Below are positions 10,311-18,086 of a DNA stretch of 20,000 nucleotides, piece after piece. The position numbers and the translations under genes are program-made. Origin of the DNA: an uncultured virus (IMG/VR IMGVR_UViG_3300028887_000113) (Duplodnaviria; Heunggongvirae; Uroviricota; Caudoviricetes). How positions within the stretch are numbered: the stretch's first letter is position 1; each line of letters begins with the position of its first letter. The notes under the pieces were generated by a model that did not search any database, was not told the origin of the DNA, and saw nothing but the letters and a program-made list of their open reading frames with translations. The stretch lies in IMG/VR virus record IMGVR_UViG_3300028887_000113; one strand, 5' to 3'.

Positions 10311-10339
10311 AATATAGTATTAAAGAGCATTAAAGTCAA
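10311..10339 (-). promoter_or_regulatory. sigma70-like promoter TTGACT-N17-TATATT for the GT/gp46 genes
   Basis: -35 at 10339-10334 and -10 at 10316-10311 with exact 17-nt spacing, overlapping the 3' end of the RNase H gene. Confidence 0.6.
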
Positions 10340-11675
10340 ATGACGGGCCACCGAAGGCTCCATCGATGTCTTCGAAGTCGAGACCACTTGCCATTTCGTC
10401 CATTAGCTTCTTGTTCATGTCAGTTTCCTTCTGTACAAGTTGTTCACCCTTGAAGGATTCTGGGTTGGCGTTCTCACGAGCGATTACGGAGAAGAATCCG
10501 AACTGCTGCAGCGTACGGTAATAGTCCACCTTGCTTTCCGGTATGCCCCATTCATTTGTCTTCGTCCAGTCGATAGTCAACTCTGGTGCCGGACGTTCCA
10601 TGATCTCGTCAATCTTCTCGGAGACATTTCGAGGAACCATCGACAAGTCAATCAGCGTACGGTTACGCATATACTGTTCAGCCCAGCCGTTAGCCTCGGC
10701 AACCGCATAGATGTTCGGACAGTTTTCCATCAGCATCACGGCTTCCTTTTCGGAAACTGCGTTAGCCTTGGTAGGCTTGTACTCGCCAGTCTTCGCATCC
10801 ACATAGGCCATGCCACGGATATTATCGGACGTATCGCCAGACAGAACCTTGGCGGACAAGTATGCTTGCGGATAGGCGCACTCGACAAAGTTTTCTTGAG
10901 TATGGTTGAAAATCTTCACGTTCTTGACATCGATCTGCGACATATCAGAGTCACGAGTAATCACGATGACATCGTCGTAGTCACCGCTATACTTCTTGAC
11001 GGCGGCATAAATCATGTCGTCACCTTCGGCAATATCGCACTTGACGGCCTTTGCACGGAGGAACGGAGCCAGTTCCATGGCGTATTCGTCCTTGTAGGAT
11101 TGCCAATACTTCTTGTCTACGGAGAATTCCCACGCGGACGCGCCTCGCTTTCCCTTGTAGGAAGGCAGCACCGGAGTTCCGGTAGGTGTCTTGACACCCC
11201 ACAGCATGTACTGGGTATCTTCGGGAAGCTCACCAAGCTTCTTGTGGCTCAATGACTCAAACAACGACCGCTGCTTGGGCGGAATCTTCACCACTCCATA
11301 TCCGTCACCAGCCTTCGTGACACGGTAGGCATAGTTGTCGCTGCAGACATAGTAACCGGTCGTATCCCAATAAATTGTAGCGTGCTTGGCGTAGTAATCC
11401 TTGACTACTTGCTTGCGCCACGCATTCTTTCCTTCCAAACACAGAATAATGTCCATCGGGTTGAAAAGACGGATATAGTCCAACATACGGTTGAACATCT
11501 TGGAACGCCAGACAATCATTTCGTCGTCTTCCGGCAACATGCTACCCAGCTGCTTCTTGCTGGACTTGGTCTTCATCGACCAAAGCTGATGATATGAAAG
11601 GGACGCCCAGTCGATAACGAGAAGGCGCTTGTCCTTGAACGGATAACTCTTGAGAGGTTTAGACTTGAATTCCAT
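10320..11675 (-). CDS. rnh: T4 RNase H-like 5'-3' exonuclease / flap endonuclease
   Basis: FEN/5'-nuclease acidic motifs LLVIDWAS, CLEGKNAWRK, SYKGKR, EGDDMI, TRDSDMSQ, LSGDTSDNIRG and RNRTLIDL; AGGA RBS. Confidence 0.88.
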   Translation of the reverse strand: MEFKSKPLKSYPFKDKRLLVIDWASLSYHQLWSMKTKSSKKQLGSMLPEDDEMIVWRSKMFNRMLDYIRLFNPMDIILCLEGKNAWRKQVVKDYYAKHATIYWDTTGYYVCSDNYAYRVTKAGDGYGVVKIPPKQRSLFESLSHKKLGELPEDTQYMLWGVKTPTGTPVLPSYKGKRGASAWEFSVDKKYWQSYKDEYAMELAPFLRAKAVKCDIAEGDDMIYAAVKKYSGDYDDVIVITRDSDMSQIDVKNVKIFNHTQENFVECAYPQAYLSAKVLSGDTSDNIRGMAYVDAKTGEYKPTKANAVSEKEAVMLMENCPNIYAVAEANGWAEQYMRNRTLIDLSMVPRNVSEKIDEIMERPAPELTIDWTKTNEWGIPESKVDYYRTLQQFGFFSVIARENANPESFKGEQLVQKETDMNKKLMDEMASGLDFEDIDGAFGGPSFDFNAL

Positions 11676-11682
11676 AAAAATC

Positions 11683-12162
11683 CTACCAATTATTCGGCTT
11701 AACTACAGGTGTTTCATCTTCGTCGTACTCGACCTTTCCTTTAAACGAATCAATCATTTTACCTTGCATCGCCGCAATGTCATTCATGACTTCCAGATTC
11801 AATGCTTCCGGCAATTCAGACTCGACATCACGTTCAATTGTTGGCTGTTGCGGATCAATCGCAGCCATTTCATACAGATCATCCACCAACTGTTTTGCTT
11901 CACGTGGACGCTTGCACTCGCCGATATAGAAATCACGGTAATAATCTGTCGGACGGTCGACCGAACATTCGAGACGATCGAACTGGGCGAAAATGTCTGG
12001 CGCATCTTTCCTAGACACCGAATATCCTTCCAGCGGCTCATGAATATCGGCCATTACAATTTCCATACCATCAAAGTAGTTCTTTGATAGCTTTTCTTTA
12101 TCAAACCCACGCTTGACAAAGAACTCACGGATTTCGTCCCATTTGGTAAGTGATCCTCGCAT
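11683..12162 (-). CDS. Hypothetical acidic protein (159 aa)
   Basis: Tightly packed between uvsW and rnh on the same strand; AAGGTG RBS upstream. Confidence 0.75.
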   Translation of the reverse strand: MRGSLTKWDEIREFFVKRGFDKEKLSKNYFDGMEIVMADIHEPLEGYSVSRKDAPDIFAQFDRLECSVDRPTDYYRDFYIGECKRPREAKQLVDDLYEMAAIDPQQPTIERDVESELPEALNLEVMNDIAAMQGKMIDSFKGKVEYDEDETPVVKPNNW

Positions 12163-12171
12163 AAATACACC

Positions 12172-13944
12172 TTATAGGAAAAACTTATTCTTGAATACTT
12201 TAACTTTATTAGCGACCTTCTCGGCCTTCGCCTTCGCCTTGTCGGCAGCCTTCCGCTTTCGCTCGGCTATTACGGCCTCGTCGATCTTTGCTTCGTAAAT
12301 TCCAGTGAAGTTGATTTCCTCGACGGGAATCTCGTCATCGTCATAATACGATCGACGAATATCATAGTGCTTTACCATGTAATTGGTCTTCACCACCGGA
12401 TAGCCAGAGCGACCGATATACTCGTATGACGCATCGTCCACCAGGTCATACACGTAGGCCATTTTCTTGTCCTTATGCGGACGAACGATACGACCGATAG
12501 ACTGAACGACCATGTACACGGACTTTGCTGGGTTGGCAAATATTAAGTTATGCAGCAGCTTGATGTTCACACCTTGCTTCATGCATCCGTACGTGGCCAG
12601 AATAATATGGCCAGTAGAATACTCAATAGACTTACGGATATCCTCTCGATCGTCTACTGACACGTCACCCTTGATGACATGATAGGTGAACTGTGGATAC
12701 TGTTCCCTAAGGAACTCGTGCATCATTTCAAGCGGATCGATGTTCTTGAACAGTATTACAGTATTCTGCTCGGTAGTAATCTTCTTCGAATCTATTAAAA
12801 TCTTGATGATATCCTGGCGAGACGTATTCGAGCTGCAGAATGCGACCTCGTCGTCATACGTCTGGCGACACAACATCTTCCTCTGGGATGGCGGATACGG
12901 TATTAAGATCGAACGGACAGTAACTGGCGTAAGAATACCCTTTGCAACCAGTTCCTTCAAGCGAACGATATCTTCCTTACGACCGAGCTGGCTCTCGATA
13001 TAGCCAGCGTCGATACCGTCGTTCGGCAACGTACCGGACACGCCGATCTTGAAGTCAATCGCATTGACACACTTCGCCAGAATGTCACGGAGCTTGACGC
13101 CTCTCGTAGAGTGCGCCTCATCCACCATGACAGCGGTGAAACACTCGAAGAAGGAATCCGACTTATGCTGCAACGACTGCCATGTCGATATGGTAATCTG
13201 TTTCAACGTGGCTTCCTCGCCTACATTGGCCGCCTTCAAACGCTCTATCTGCTTCTTTGTCAGCTTGTCGTCAGAATCCGAATATATTAAGGTACAATAG
13301 TTCTTGGCATCTTCCCAACCATAATCGTTATAGAAATCGGAGAACAGCTGTTCCACCAAGTTAGTCGACGGAACGACTATTAAGAGTTTCTTGTTTTCAC
13401 GAGATATTAAGTACCGCGCAATGATGCACATCGCCAGAGACTTTCCAGCGCTCGTACACGCCAGTAATGAAATTCGGCGACCGTTTATGGCTCGCTCGGC
13501 CAACTTGTACTGATGTTCATAAGGAATAATCTTGTCACCAGTAACCCGGTTATGCAAGTTCAGAGTATTAGCGAACCCGACAATATCATCCCTAGTCAAC
13601 TTCCCACGAGGCGGAATAAATAGGTCATTAATGTCCTTTGTCAGCTCGATCTTCGTACCGAAACGGCCTTGAACAAGACGGCTGACCCTCGGTATTAAGC
13701 CAATAGGCAACAGCTGCTCCTTACGGTCGTAGAAAGTCACGAACGCACTCTTGAAACCTTCGGACACTTGCCATGTCTTCGACTTGGTCTTATCGTAGAA
13801 CGTCATCGCAGCCGAGATAAAGCTGTTAATCATGTAGGCAAGTCTCTTATCCTCGGACTCGATGACCACATGACTCTGGATAGGGTCATAATACTCGAAA
13901 CGTACAAGCGAAGGTGCAAATTTAGCTGGTTGCTGTTGCATCAT
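12172..13944 (-). CDS. uvsW: UvsW-like SF2 DNA/RNA-DNA helicase
   Basis: Q motif PYEHQ, motif I ACTSAGKS, Ia VPSTNLVEQLFSDF, STWQSL, II DEAH, III SGT, VI QSIGRIVR and VYDLVDD, as in T4 UvsW. Start placed at the TAATG overlap with the upstream stop (13944). Confidence 0.9.
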   Translation of the reverse strand: MMQQQPAKFAPSLVRFEYYDPIQSHVVIESEDKRLAYMINSFISAAMTFYDKTKSKTWQVSEGFKSAFVTFYDRKEQLLPIGLIPRVSRLVQGRFGTKIELTKDINDLFIPPRGKLTRDDIVGFANTLNLHNRVTGDKIIPYEHQYKLAERAINGRRISLLACTSAGKSLAMCIIARYLISRENKKLLIVVPSTNLVEQLFSDFYNDYGWEDAKNYCTLIYSDSDDKLTKKQIERLKAANVGEEATLKQITISTWQSLQHKSDSFFECFTAVMVDEAHSTRGVKLRDILAKCVNAIDFKIGVSGTLPNDGIDAGYIESQLGRKEDIVRLKELVAKGILTPVTVRSILIPYPPSQRKMLCRQTYDDEVAFCSSNTSRQDIIKILIDSKKITTEQNTVILFKNIDPLEMMHEFLREQYPQFTYHVIKGDVSVDDREDIRKSIEYSTGHIILATYGCMKQGVNIKLLHNLIFANPAKSVYMVVQSIGRIVRPHKDKKMAYVYDLVDDASYEYIGRSGYPVVKTNYMVKHYDIRRSYYDDDEIPVEEINFTGIYEAKIDEAVIAERKRKAADKAKAKAEKVANKVKVFKNKFFL

Positions 13945-14447
13945 TACATTCTCTCGTAGCAGCACATCTTATAGATCGAATCGGACTCCAAGCCGTCCTT
14001 CGGTGCCGGGAAGTACGACGGAATCAAGTAGACGCCGTCCACCTTGTCCTCTGACGTACCGTCCAGTGCGACAATGAATCTATACTTGTAGCCGAAATTC
14101 ACTCGGAAGTCGGTCGGATAGAACATGTTCGACTGTGCCTTGCTCCGAATGACGGCTCCCTTACGTAGGGACTCTCCGAAAATCTGGATAATCTTGGCAT
14201 CCTTCTTGCAACGCTTGATGACTGCGTCGACTAAACGTTCCGTAAGATCTTCGTCTACCAAGTCGTTATGGAGTTCAATGCTGCCCAAGGACAAGTCCAA
14301 GTCCCAACGATTCCCAGAACAGACCTCGTGGGCTTTCAGTTTCAACGTGGCATCCGGTGTCAGCAAGGATACCGGTGACTGCCATCCACTGTTCTCCCAG
14401 CGGAACAAAGACAGCAATTCGATTGTTAAACAAGAAGTGTAATCCAT
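13944..14447 (-). CDS. Hypothetical protein (~167 aa)
   Basis: ATG 14447 (MDYTSC) follows AGGA and a promoter. Translationally coupled to uvsW. The longer ORF-track start (14525) runs into the repeat region. Confidence 0.7.
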   Translation of the reverse strand: MDYTSCLTIELLSLFRWENSGWQSPVSLLTPDATLKLKAHEVCSGNRWDLDLSLGSIELHNDLVDEDLTERLVDAVIKRCKKDAKIIQIFGESLRKGAVIRSKAQSNMFYPTDFRVNFGYKYRFIVALDGTSEDKVDGVYLIPSYFPAPKDGLESDSIYKMCCYERM

Positions 14448-14455
14448 AATCCTAC

Positions 14456-14484
14456 AAGATAGCCATAAACAATTTGAATTGCAA
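14456..14484 (-). promoter_or_regulatory. Leftward sigma70-like promoter TTGCAA-N17-TATCTT
   Basis: -35 at 14484-14479 and -10 at 14461-14456; forms the left arm of an inverted repeat. Confidence 0.65.
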
Positions 14485-14833
14485 ATTAGTTCAGAATGGC
14501 CTAAAAGTGTCATTTTCCGAAACATTATATGGTGGCCCTAGTGGCTCTCTCGCTGTGGGACTCTTTCAGACTTTTTTACTTACCTTGGGAGACTGTCCTG
14601 ACTACACAGACATAGCTGACCTATAGGATAAATGTCATTTTCCGAAACATTATATGGTGGCCTTAGGGCCTCACTGACTGTGGGACTCTTCGGACTTTTT
14701 AACTCACCAAGTTAAGGATGGAATATTATGTAAACTAGACTATATACTCATTGTCCTAGGATTATCGAAACATTATATGGTCAGTTACCTCCGGTAACAC
14801 CGTTACTCGTTCAATTTGCAATTCAAACTGTTT
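14467..14833. repeat. 21-bp inverted repeat (20/21 identity) bracketing a direct-repeat array
   Basis: AAACAATTTGAATTGCAAATT (14467-14487) versus AATTTGCAATTCAAACTGTTT (14813-14833). Confidence 0.9.
14508..14781. repeat. Three iteron-like direct repeats, period 125/123 bp; candidate replication origin
   Basis: The 16-bp core CGAAACATTATATGGT occurs at 14518, 14643 and 14766. Copies 1 and 2 share a 30-bp identical block (TGTCATTTTCCGAAACATTATATGGTGGCC at 14508 and 14633) and ~75 bp of similarity including CTGTGGGACTCTT..GACTTTTT. The origin role is inference. Confidence 0.85.
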
Positions 14834-14844
14834 TAGACTACCTT
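14816..14844 (+). promoter_or_regulatory. Rightward sigma70-like promoter TTGCAA-N17-TACCTT
   Basis: -35 at 14816-14821 and -10 at 14839-14844; mirror copy of the leftward promoter. Confidence 0.6.
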
Positions 14845-14883
14845 TGGACTTCGGTAAATACGACTTGATAAACTCGGCGATAA

Positions 14884-14949
14884 GACAGGACTGGCAGTGG
14901 CAGACCTACCTTAAGCTAGAGCCTGGAGTGGATACTTGCCGGACTTGTT
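14884..14949 (+). ncRNA. Structured RNA (leader or small ncRNA) upstream of the polymerase-fold gene
   Basis: GACAGGACUGGCAGU (14884-14898) pairs with ACUUGCCGGACUUGUU (14934-14949), including three G-U pairs that favour the plus-strand RNA. It is followed by U-rich sequence. Confidence 0.4.
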
Positions 14950-14968
14950 GGTTTTAATTAGTTTTGTA

Positions 14969-16576
14969 ATGAAAATGACAGAAACCCTTAACCAGACCGT
15001 AACGAAGCGCAGAAAGCGGAAACCGCTGAAGGAATTCAAGATAGAGTTGCCTTCCATGCTATGTAATGATTTCGTTACATTCTGTCATAATTTTATGACA
15101 ACTAATGGCGATACGAATTCCACCAAGGCGTTGCTGGATACTATGGCACTGGTACTGTACATGGTCACCAACCAGCTCCGTAGTGACTTGATGACCAATA
15201 TGATCGTACAGCCAACTATTCCAAGAAAGTACTGGAAGTGCCATCTCTCTGCCGTCTTGCTGCGTAAGATACTTGGTGACGGATACATCACCGCAATCAA
15301 TTCCTTAGTAGAGCATGGCTTTATTGGAAGGTCTCATAGCTATATCAAGGGCGATTCGAACACTAAGGGCAAGTGCAAGGCGTTCTGGCTGTGTGCACCG
15401 TACCAGAACAGCTATGCGACTTATCTGCAGACTTGGATTGACAAGAAGTTCATGAATACCGAGGTGGTAGTTCATGGTAAGATGTCCAAGTATACCATAA
15501 CATCCCCGGTTGTTCTGAGACGTATCAAGAGGTCTTTCGAGGAACGTAAGCGGATTTCGATGGACGATCCACTGGTAGCCGTATGCTACGACGAGCTGAG
15601 TCACTTTTCGATAGATACAAAGGTGGCGGATGCTACATTGGATGAGATGGTATCGTCCGGAAAGATGACACCGTACAATGCCAAGATGGAACGTAACAAG
15701 GTGGAACGTTTCAACGGACTGATGGACGACGACGGTGCAATGTACGTGAAACACGACAAGTACGGACGTATCCATACCAACGTGACGAACCTGAAGAAGG
15801 AAATCCGTCATTCCGCGTTGCGCTGTGATGGGGAACCCGTTGCCGAGGTGGACATCAAGTCATCCCAGGCGGCCTTTATCATCGCGGTATTCCGTCGGTA
15901 TATCGATTTTTATAAGGACGACCTGGAAGAGAACCGCGACACGTTCATAAGGTTCCGTCCCATATGGAATGAGGGCCGAAAGGAGATTACCCTTGACCGT
16001 ATGGAGAAAGAGCTGGAACGGTACCGTAACCTGGTGGCCGACGGCCAGATATACGAATTTTTCCAGAAGGAATGCAGCGAGGACTTTGACGTAGACCGTG
16101 AATTGTCGCGTGACGAGGCTAAGAAGGGACTGCTGTCGTTCTTGTTCTCGCCGTTGTATTTCGATGACCGAAGAGAGGTTGTGCGAGGAGCCGTACAGAG
16201 ATGCTGGAGAGAGCATTTCCCTACGCTGTTCAACTGCATGTGGTCAATGAAGGAGCATTGCCATGCGGCCTTGGCCTATGAGATGCAGAAGATCGAGAGC
16301 AGCTTCGTTTTCGAGCAAGTGTGTCCTCGTATCATGGAAGAAGTAGGCTGCCACTTCTGTACGGTGCATGACTCCATCATCGTGCCGGAGAAGTATGCCG
16401 ATCACGTCCGTTGCATCATGGACGAGGAATTGCTCAACCAGAATATCCCAACACACACTGATATCGAATACGAATACGAGATCGAGGCCGCATTGCCAGA
16501 ACGTCCAGACCAGTGTTTCATTGATGAGATGGATCGCAGAAACTGCGATCCGGTCAACTATGAGTCTGATGCCTGA
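14969..16576 (+). CDS. Winged-helix + family-A polymerase palm protein; putative replication initiator / primase-polymerase
   Basis: DKYGRIHT (DxxGR, 15755), motif A VDIKSSQ (15851), motif B RDEAKKGLLSFLF (16109) and motif C TVHDSII (16364). N-terminal HLSAVLLRKILG..YITAINSLVEHGFI..SHSY..G..CKAFWL resembles a wHTH. No exonuclease domain seen. An alternative TTG start at 14936 has GGAG upstream. Confidence 0.7.
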   Translation: MKMTETLNQTVTKRRKRKPLKEFKIELPSMLCNDFVTFCHNFMTTNGDTNSTKALLDTMALVLYMVTNQLRSDLMTNMIVQPTIPRKYWKCHLSAVLLRKILGDGYITAINSLVEHGFIGRSHSYIKGDSNTKGKCKAFWLCAPYQNSYATYLQTWIDKKFMNTEVVVHGKMSKYTITSPVVLRRIKRSFEERKRISMDDPLVAVCYDELSHFSIDTKVADATLDEMVSSGKMTPYNAKMERNKVERFNGLMDDDGAMYVKHDKYGRIHTNVTNLKKEIRHSALRCDGEPVAEVDIKSSQAAFIIAVFRRYIDFYKDDLEENRDTFIRFRPIWNEGRKEITLDRMEKELERYRNLVADGQIYEFFQKECSEDFDVDRELSRDEAKKGLLSFLFSPLYFDDRREVVRGAVQRCWREHFPTLFNCMWSMKEHCHAALAYEMQKIESSFVFEQVCPRIMEEVGCHFCTVHDSIIVPEKYADHVRCIMDEELLNQNIPTHTDIEYEYEIEAALPERPDQCFIDEMDRRNCDPVNYESDA

Positions 16577-16577
16577 A

Positions 16578-16598
16578 CTAATGATATAATTTCATTAG
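16578..16598 (+). promoter_or_regulatory. Extended -10 promoter (TGaTATAAT) centred in a CTAATGA/TCATTAG inverted repeat
   Basis: TG at 16582-16583, TATAAT at 16585-16590, inverted-repeat arms at 16578-16584 and 16592-16598. Confidence 0.5.
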
Positions 16599-16617
16599 AA
16601 ACTAGGTATCAGGTTTT

Positions 16618-17112
16618 ATGTCTCAATATATTCGTACTTTCGTTATTCCGGATGATAAAGATGTCGTCGCCGAGCAGAATGGTCAATACTTATTGAAGGA
16701 CAATCTCGTTGCAGAAGTGGTCATACTCAATTCAGATGTCGATGACTACACGGATGAAATGACAAGTATGGATTTCACTAGTGTGCGTAGCCGTATTACC
16801 GTGCATAAGGGGTTTGCTGCTGAACATCCGTTGCCGACGTTCGCCGTGTTGATTTTGAATTTGCTTGGTATCCGTATCGATCCCCGGTTCACTATCTTGC
16901 TGGCGGCGTTGTACGAGGAGACTGGGTTCAACGAGTACAGCCGTGAGGAATGTGACAAGTTGTTCCTCAATACAGTACTGGAGCCGATACACAACCAGCT
17001 ATTGCACTTCATCGTGTATGAACTGCTGCTGATTGTTGTCGGCAATAATTATGCTTGGAATAACAATTCCGACCAGATTACCGTGGCTACGCTTGAACCG
17101 ATCTGGAACTAG
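16618..17112 (+). CDS. DUF1353-like protein, apparently lacking the conserved HD motif
   Basis: ITVHKGF, ALYE, SREECDKLF and G..YAW follow the DUF1353 pattern (I.VP.GF.TD...HD.LY...R.eAD.iF...G..aw); AGGT RBS. Confidence 0.5.
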   Translation: MSQYIRTFVIPDDKDVVAEQNGQYLLKDNLVAEVVILNSDVDDYTDEMTSMDFTSVRSRITVHKGFAAEHPLPTFAVLILNLLGIRIDPRFTILLAALYEETGFNEYSREECDKLFLNTVLEPIHNQLLHFIVYELLLIVVGNNYAWNNNSDQITVATLEPIWN

Positions 17113-18083
17113 GTTGTCGGGTATAGCGGCTTGGGTTCCTCGATGACGAGTTCTTCGTCTTGATCGGATTCTTCTTCGTCCACGGGGACGTCGAACATTG
17201 GCAGTGAGGCTTCCTCGTCGTAATCAATGAACGGCGAGGAATTCTTTTCTGCGTCGTACTTACCGATCATCGGATTCGGATCTTCCGGGACTTCCTCGGT
17301 CTCTTCGTCGGTCTGTTCGATATGGTCTGCTAGGGCATCGAGAGCTTCTTGAGTTTCCGGAGTCTTGATACCTTGGCTGTCACCGCCGAACAGTTCCATC
17401 GCCTCGTTACGAGCCTTCTCGTGCTCTTCGGAAGATTGGTCGAATATGGCGTTGGCTTCCTTTTCGGAATCGTTCTTGCCGATCGGCTGATTTTCCGGCA
17501 TTTCTTCTGGAGCGACTGGTTCGTTTTCTTCCACTGGCGGAGCCGTACGGACTTGCTTCATGATGCTACCGGCGTTCGTGAGGATACCGCCCAGTGCAGC
17601 CACGAGGTGGGCGCACAATGCTGGCTTCCTTACCTTCGGTGCGATATCTTCGCCGTGGTCGTCCTTGGCGTCGTCAGAATGATGGTTGGCAGATAGACTG
17701 TCGTACTTGTGCTTCATCATGAATTTCATTCCGTTCCAGTTGAAGTCCGGACACGAGCAGTAGCAACGCACGTCGGCATCCTTGAGCATGTTGATACGGT
17801 CAGCCAGTTTCTTGGTAGTCTGTGCCAGAGTGAACAGGTTGGCGTTCTTGGGGATGATGTCGATAAAGCAATGACGGACTGTGCCGGGATCACTGCGAGA
17901 AGGAACCTCGAATTCGATAACTGCATTACCGTCTGGCGCACGAGAAACGCCTACGAAATGTCTTTCCATTTTGCGACCTTGTTCAAATCGCTTGCCGTCG
18001 GTCTTCTTGGCAAAGAAGGCCGCATTGGATTCAATGAGGTTCTTTCCGGTGGAAAGGCAGTTCAGCAGTACGTTCTTGTCCAT
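17109..18083 (-). CDS. SWIM-type Zn-finger phage protein with long acidic C-terminal tail
   Basis: FEVPSRS...DVRCYCSCPDF...LCAHLVAAL (CxC...CxH); the C-terminal ~140 aa are E/D/P-rich. Confidence 0.7.
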   Translation of the reverse strand: MDKNVLLNCLSTGKNLIESNAAFFAKKTDGKRFEQGRKMERHFVGVSRAPDGNAVIEFEVPSRSDPGTVRHCFIDIIPKNANLFTLAQTTKKLADRINMLKDADVRCYCSCPDFNWNGMKFMMKHKYDSLSANHHSDDAKDDHGEDIAPKVRKPALCAHLVAALGGILTNAGSIMKQVRTAPPVEENEPVAPEEMPENQPIGKNDSEKEANAIFDQSSEEHEKARNEAMELFGGDSQGIKTPETQEALDALADHIEQTDEETEEVPEDPNPMIGKYDAEKNSSPFIDYDEEASLPMFDVPVDEEESDQDEELVIEEPKPLYPTT

Positions 18084-18086
18084 AGA

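Noticed and set aside
14448..14525. N-terminal extensions in the ORF track (14525; likewise 6369 and 13965)
   Set aside because: Downstream ATGs have better RBS or coupling, and the extensions overlap promoters, repeats or the upstream gene.
14519..14526. GAAACATT in the repeat core resembles a parS half-site
   Set aside because: Only 8 bp and not palindromic; probably chance.
14523..14779. TATAAT on the minus strand within each repeat core as tandem promoters
   Set aside because: No -35 or extended -10 at the proper spacing in the copies checked; left unresolved.
14508..14781. CRISPR array interpretation of the direct repeats
   Set aside because: The period is ~124 bp, sequences between cores 1 and 2 are themselves similar, the third copy has only 16 bp, and no cas genes are present.
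14467..14833. MITE / IS terminal inverted repeats
   Set aside because: No target-site duplication or transposase seen, and both arms read as outward promoters with exact 17-nt spacers.
14884..14949. tRNA or SRP RNA
   Set aside because: No T-loop GTTCRA, cloverleaf or SRP domain IV motif recognisable.
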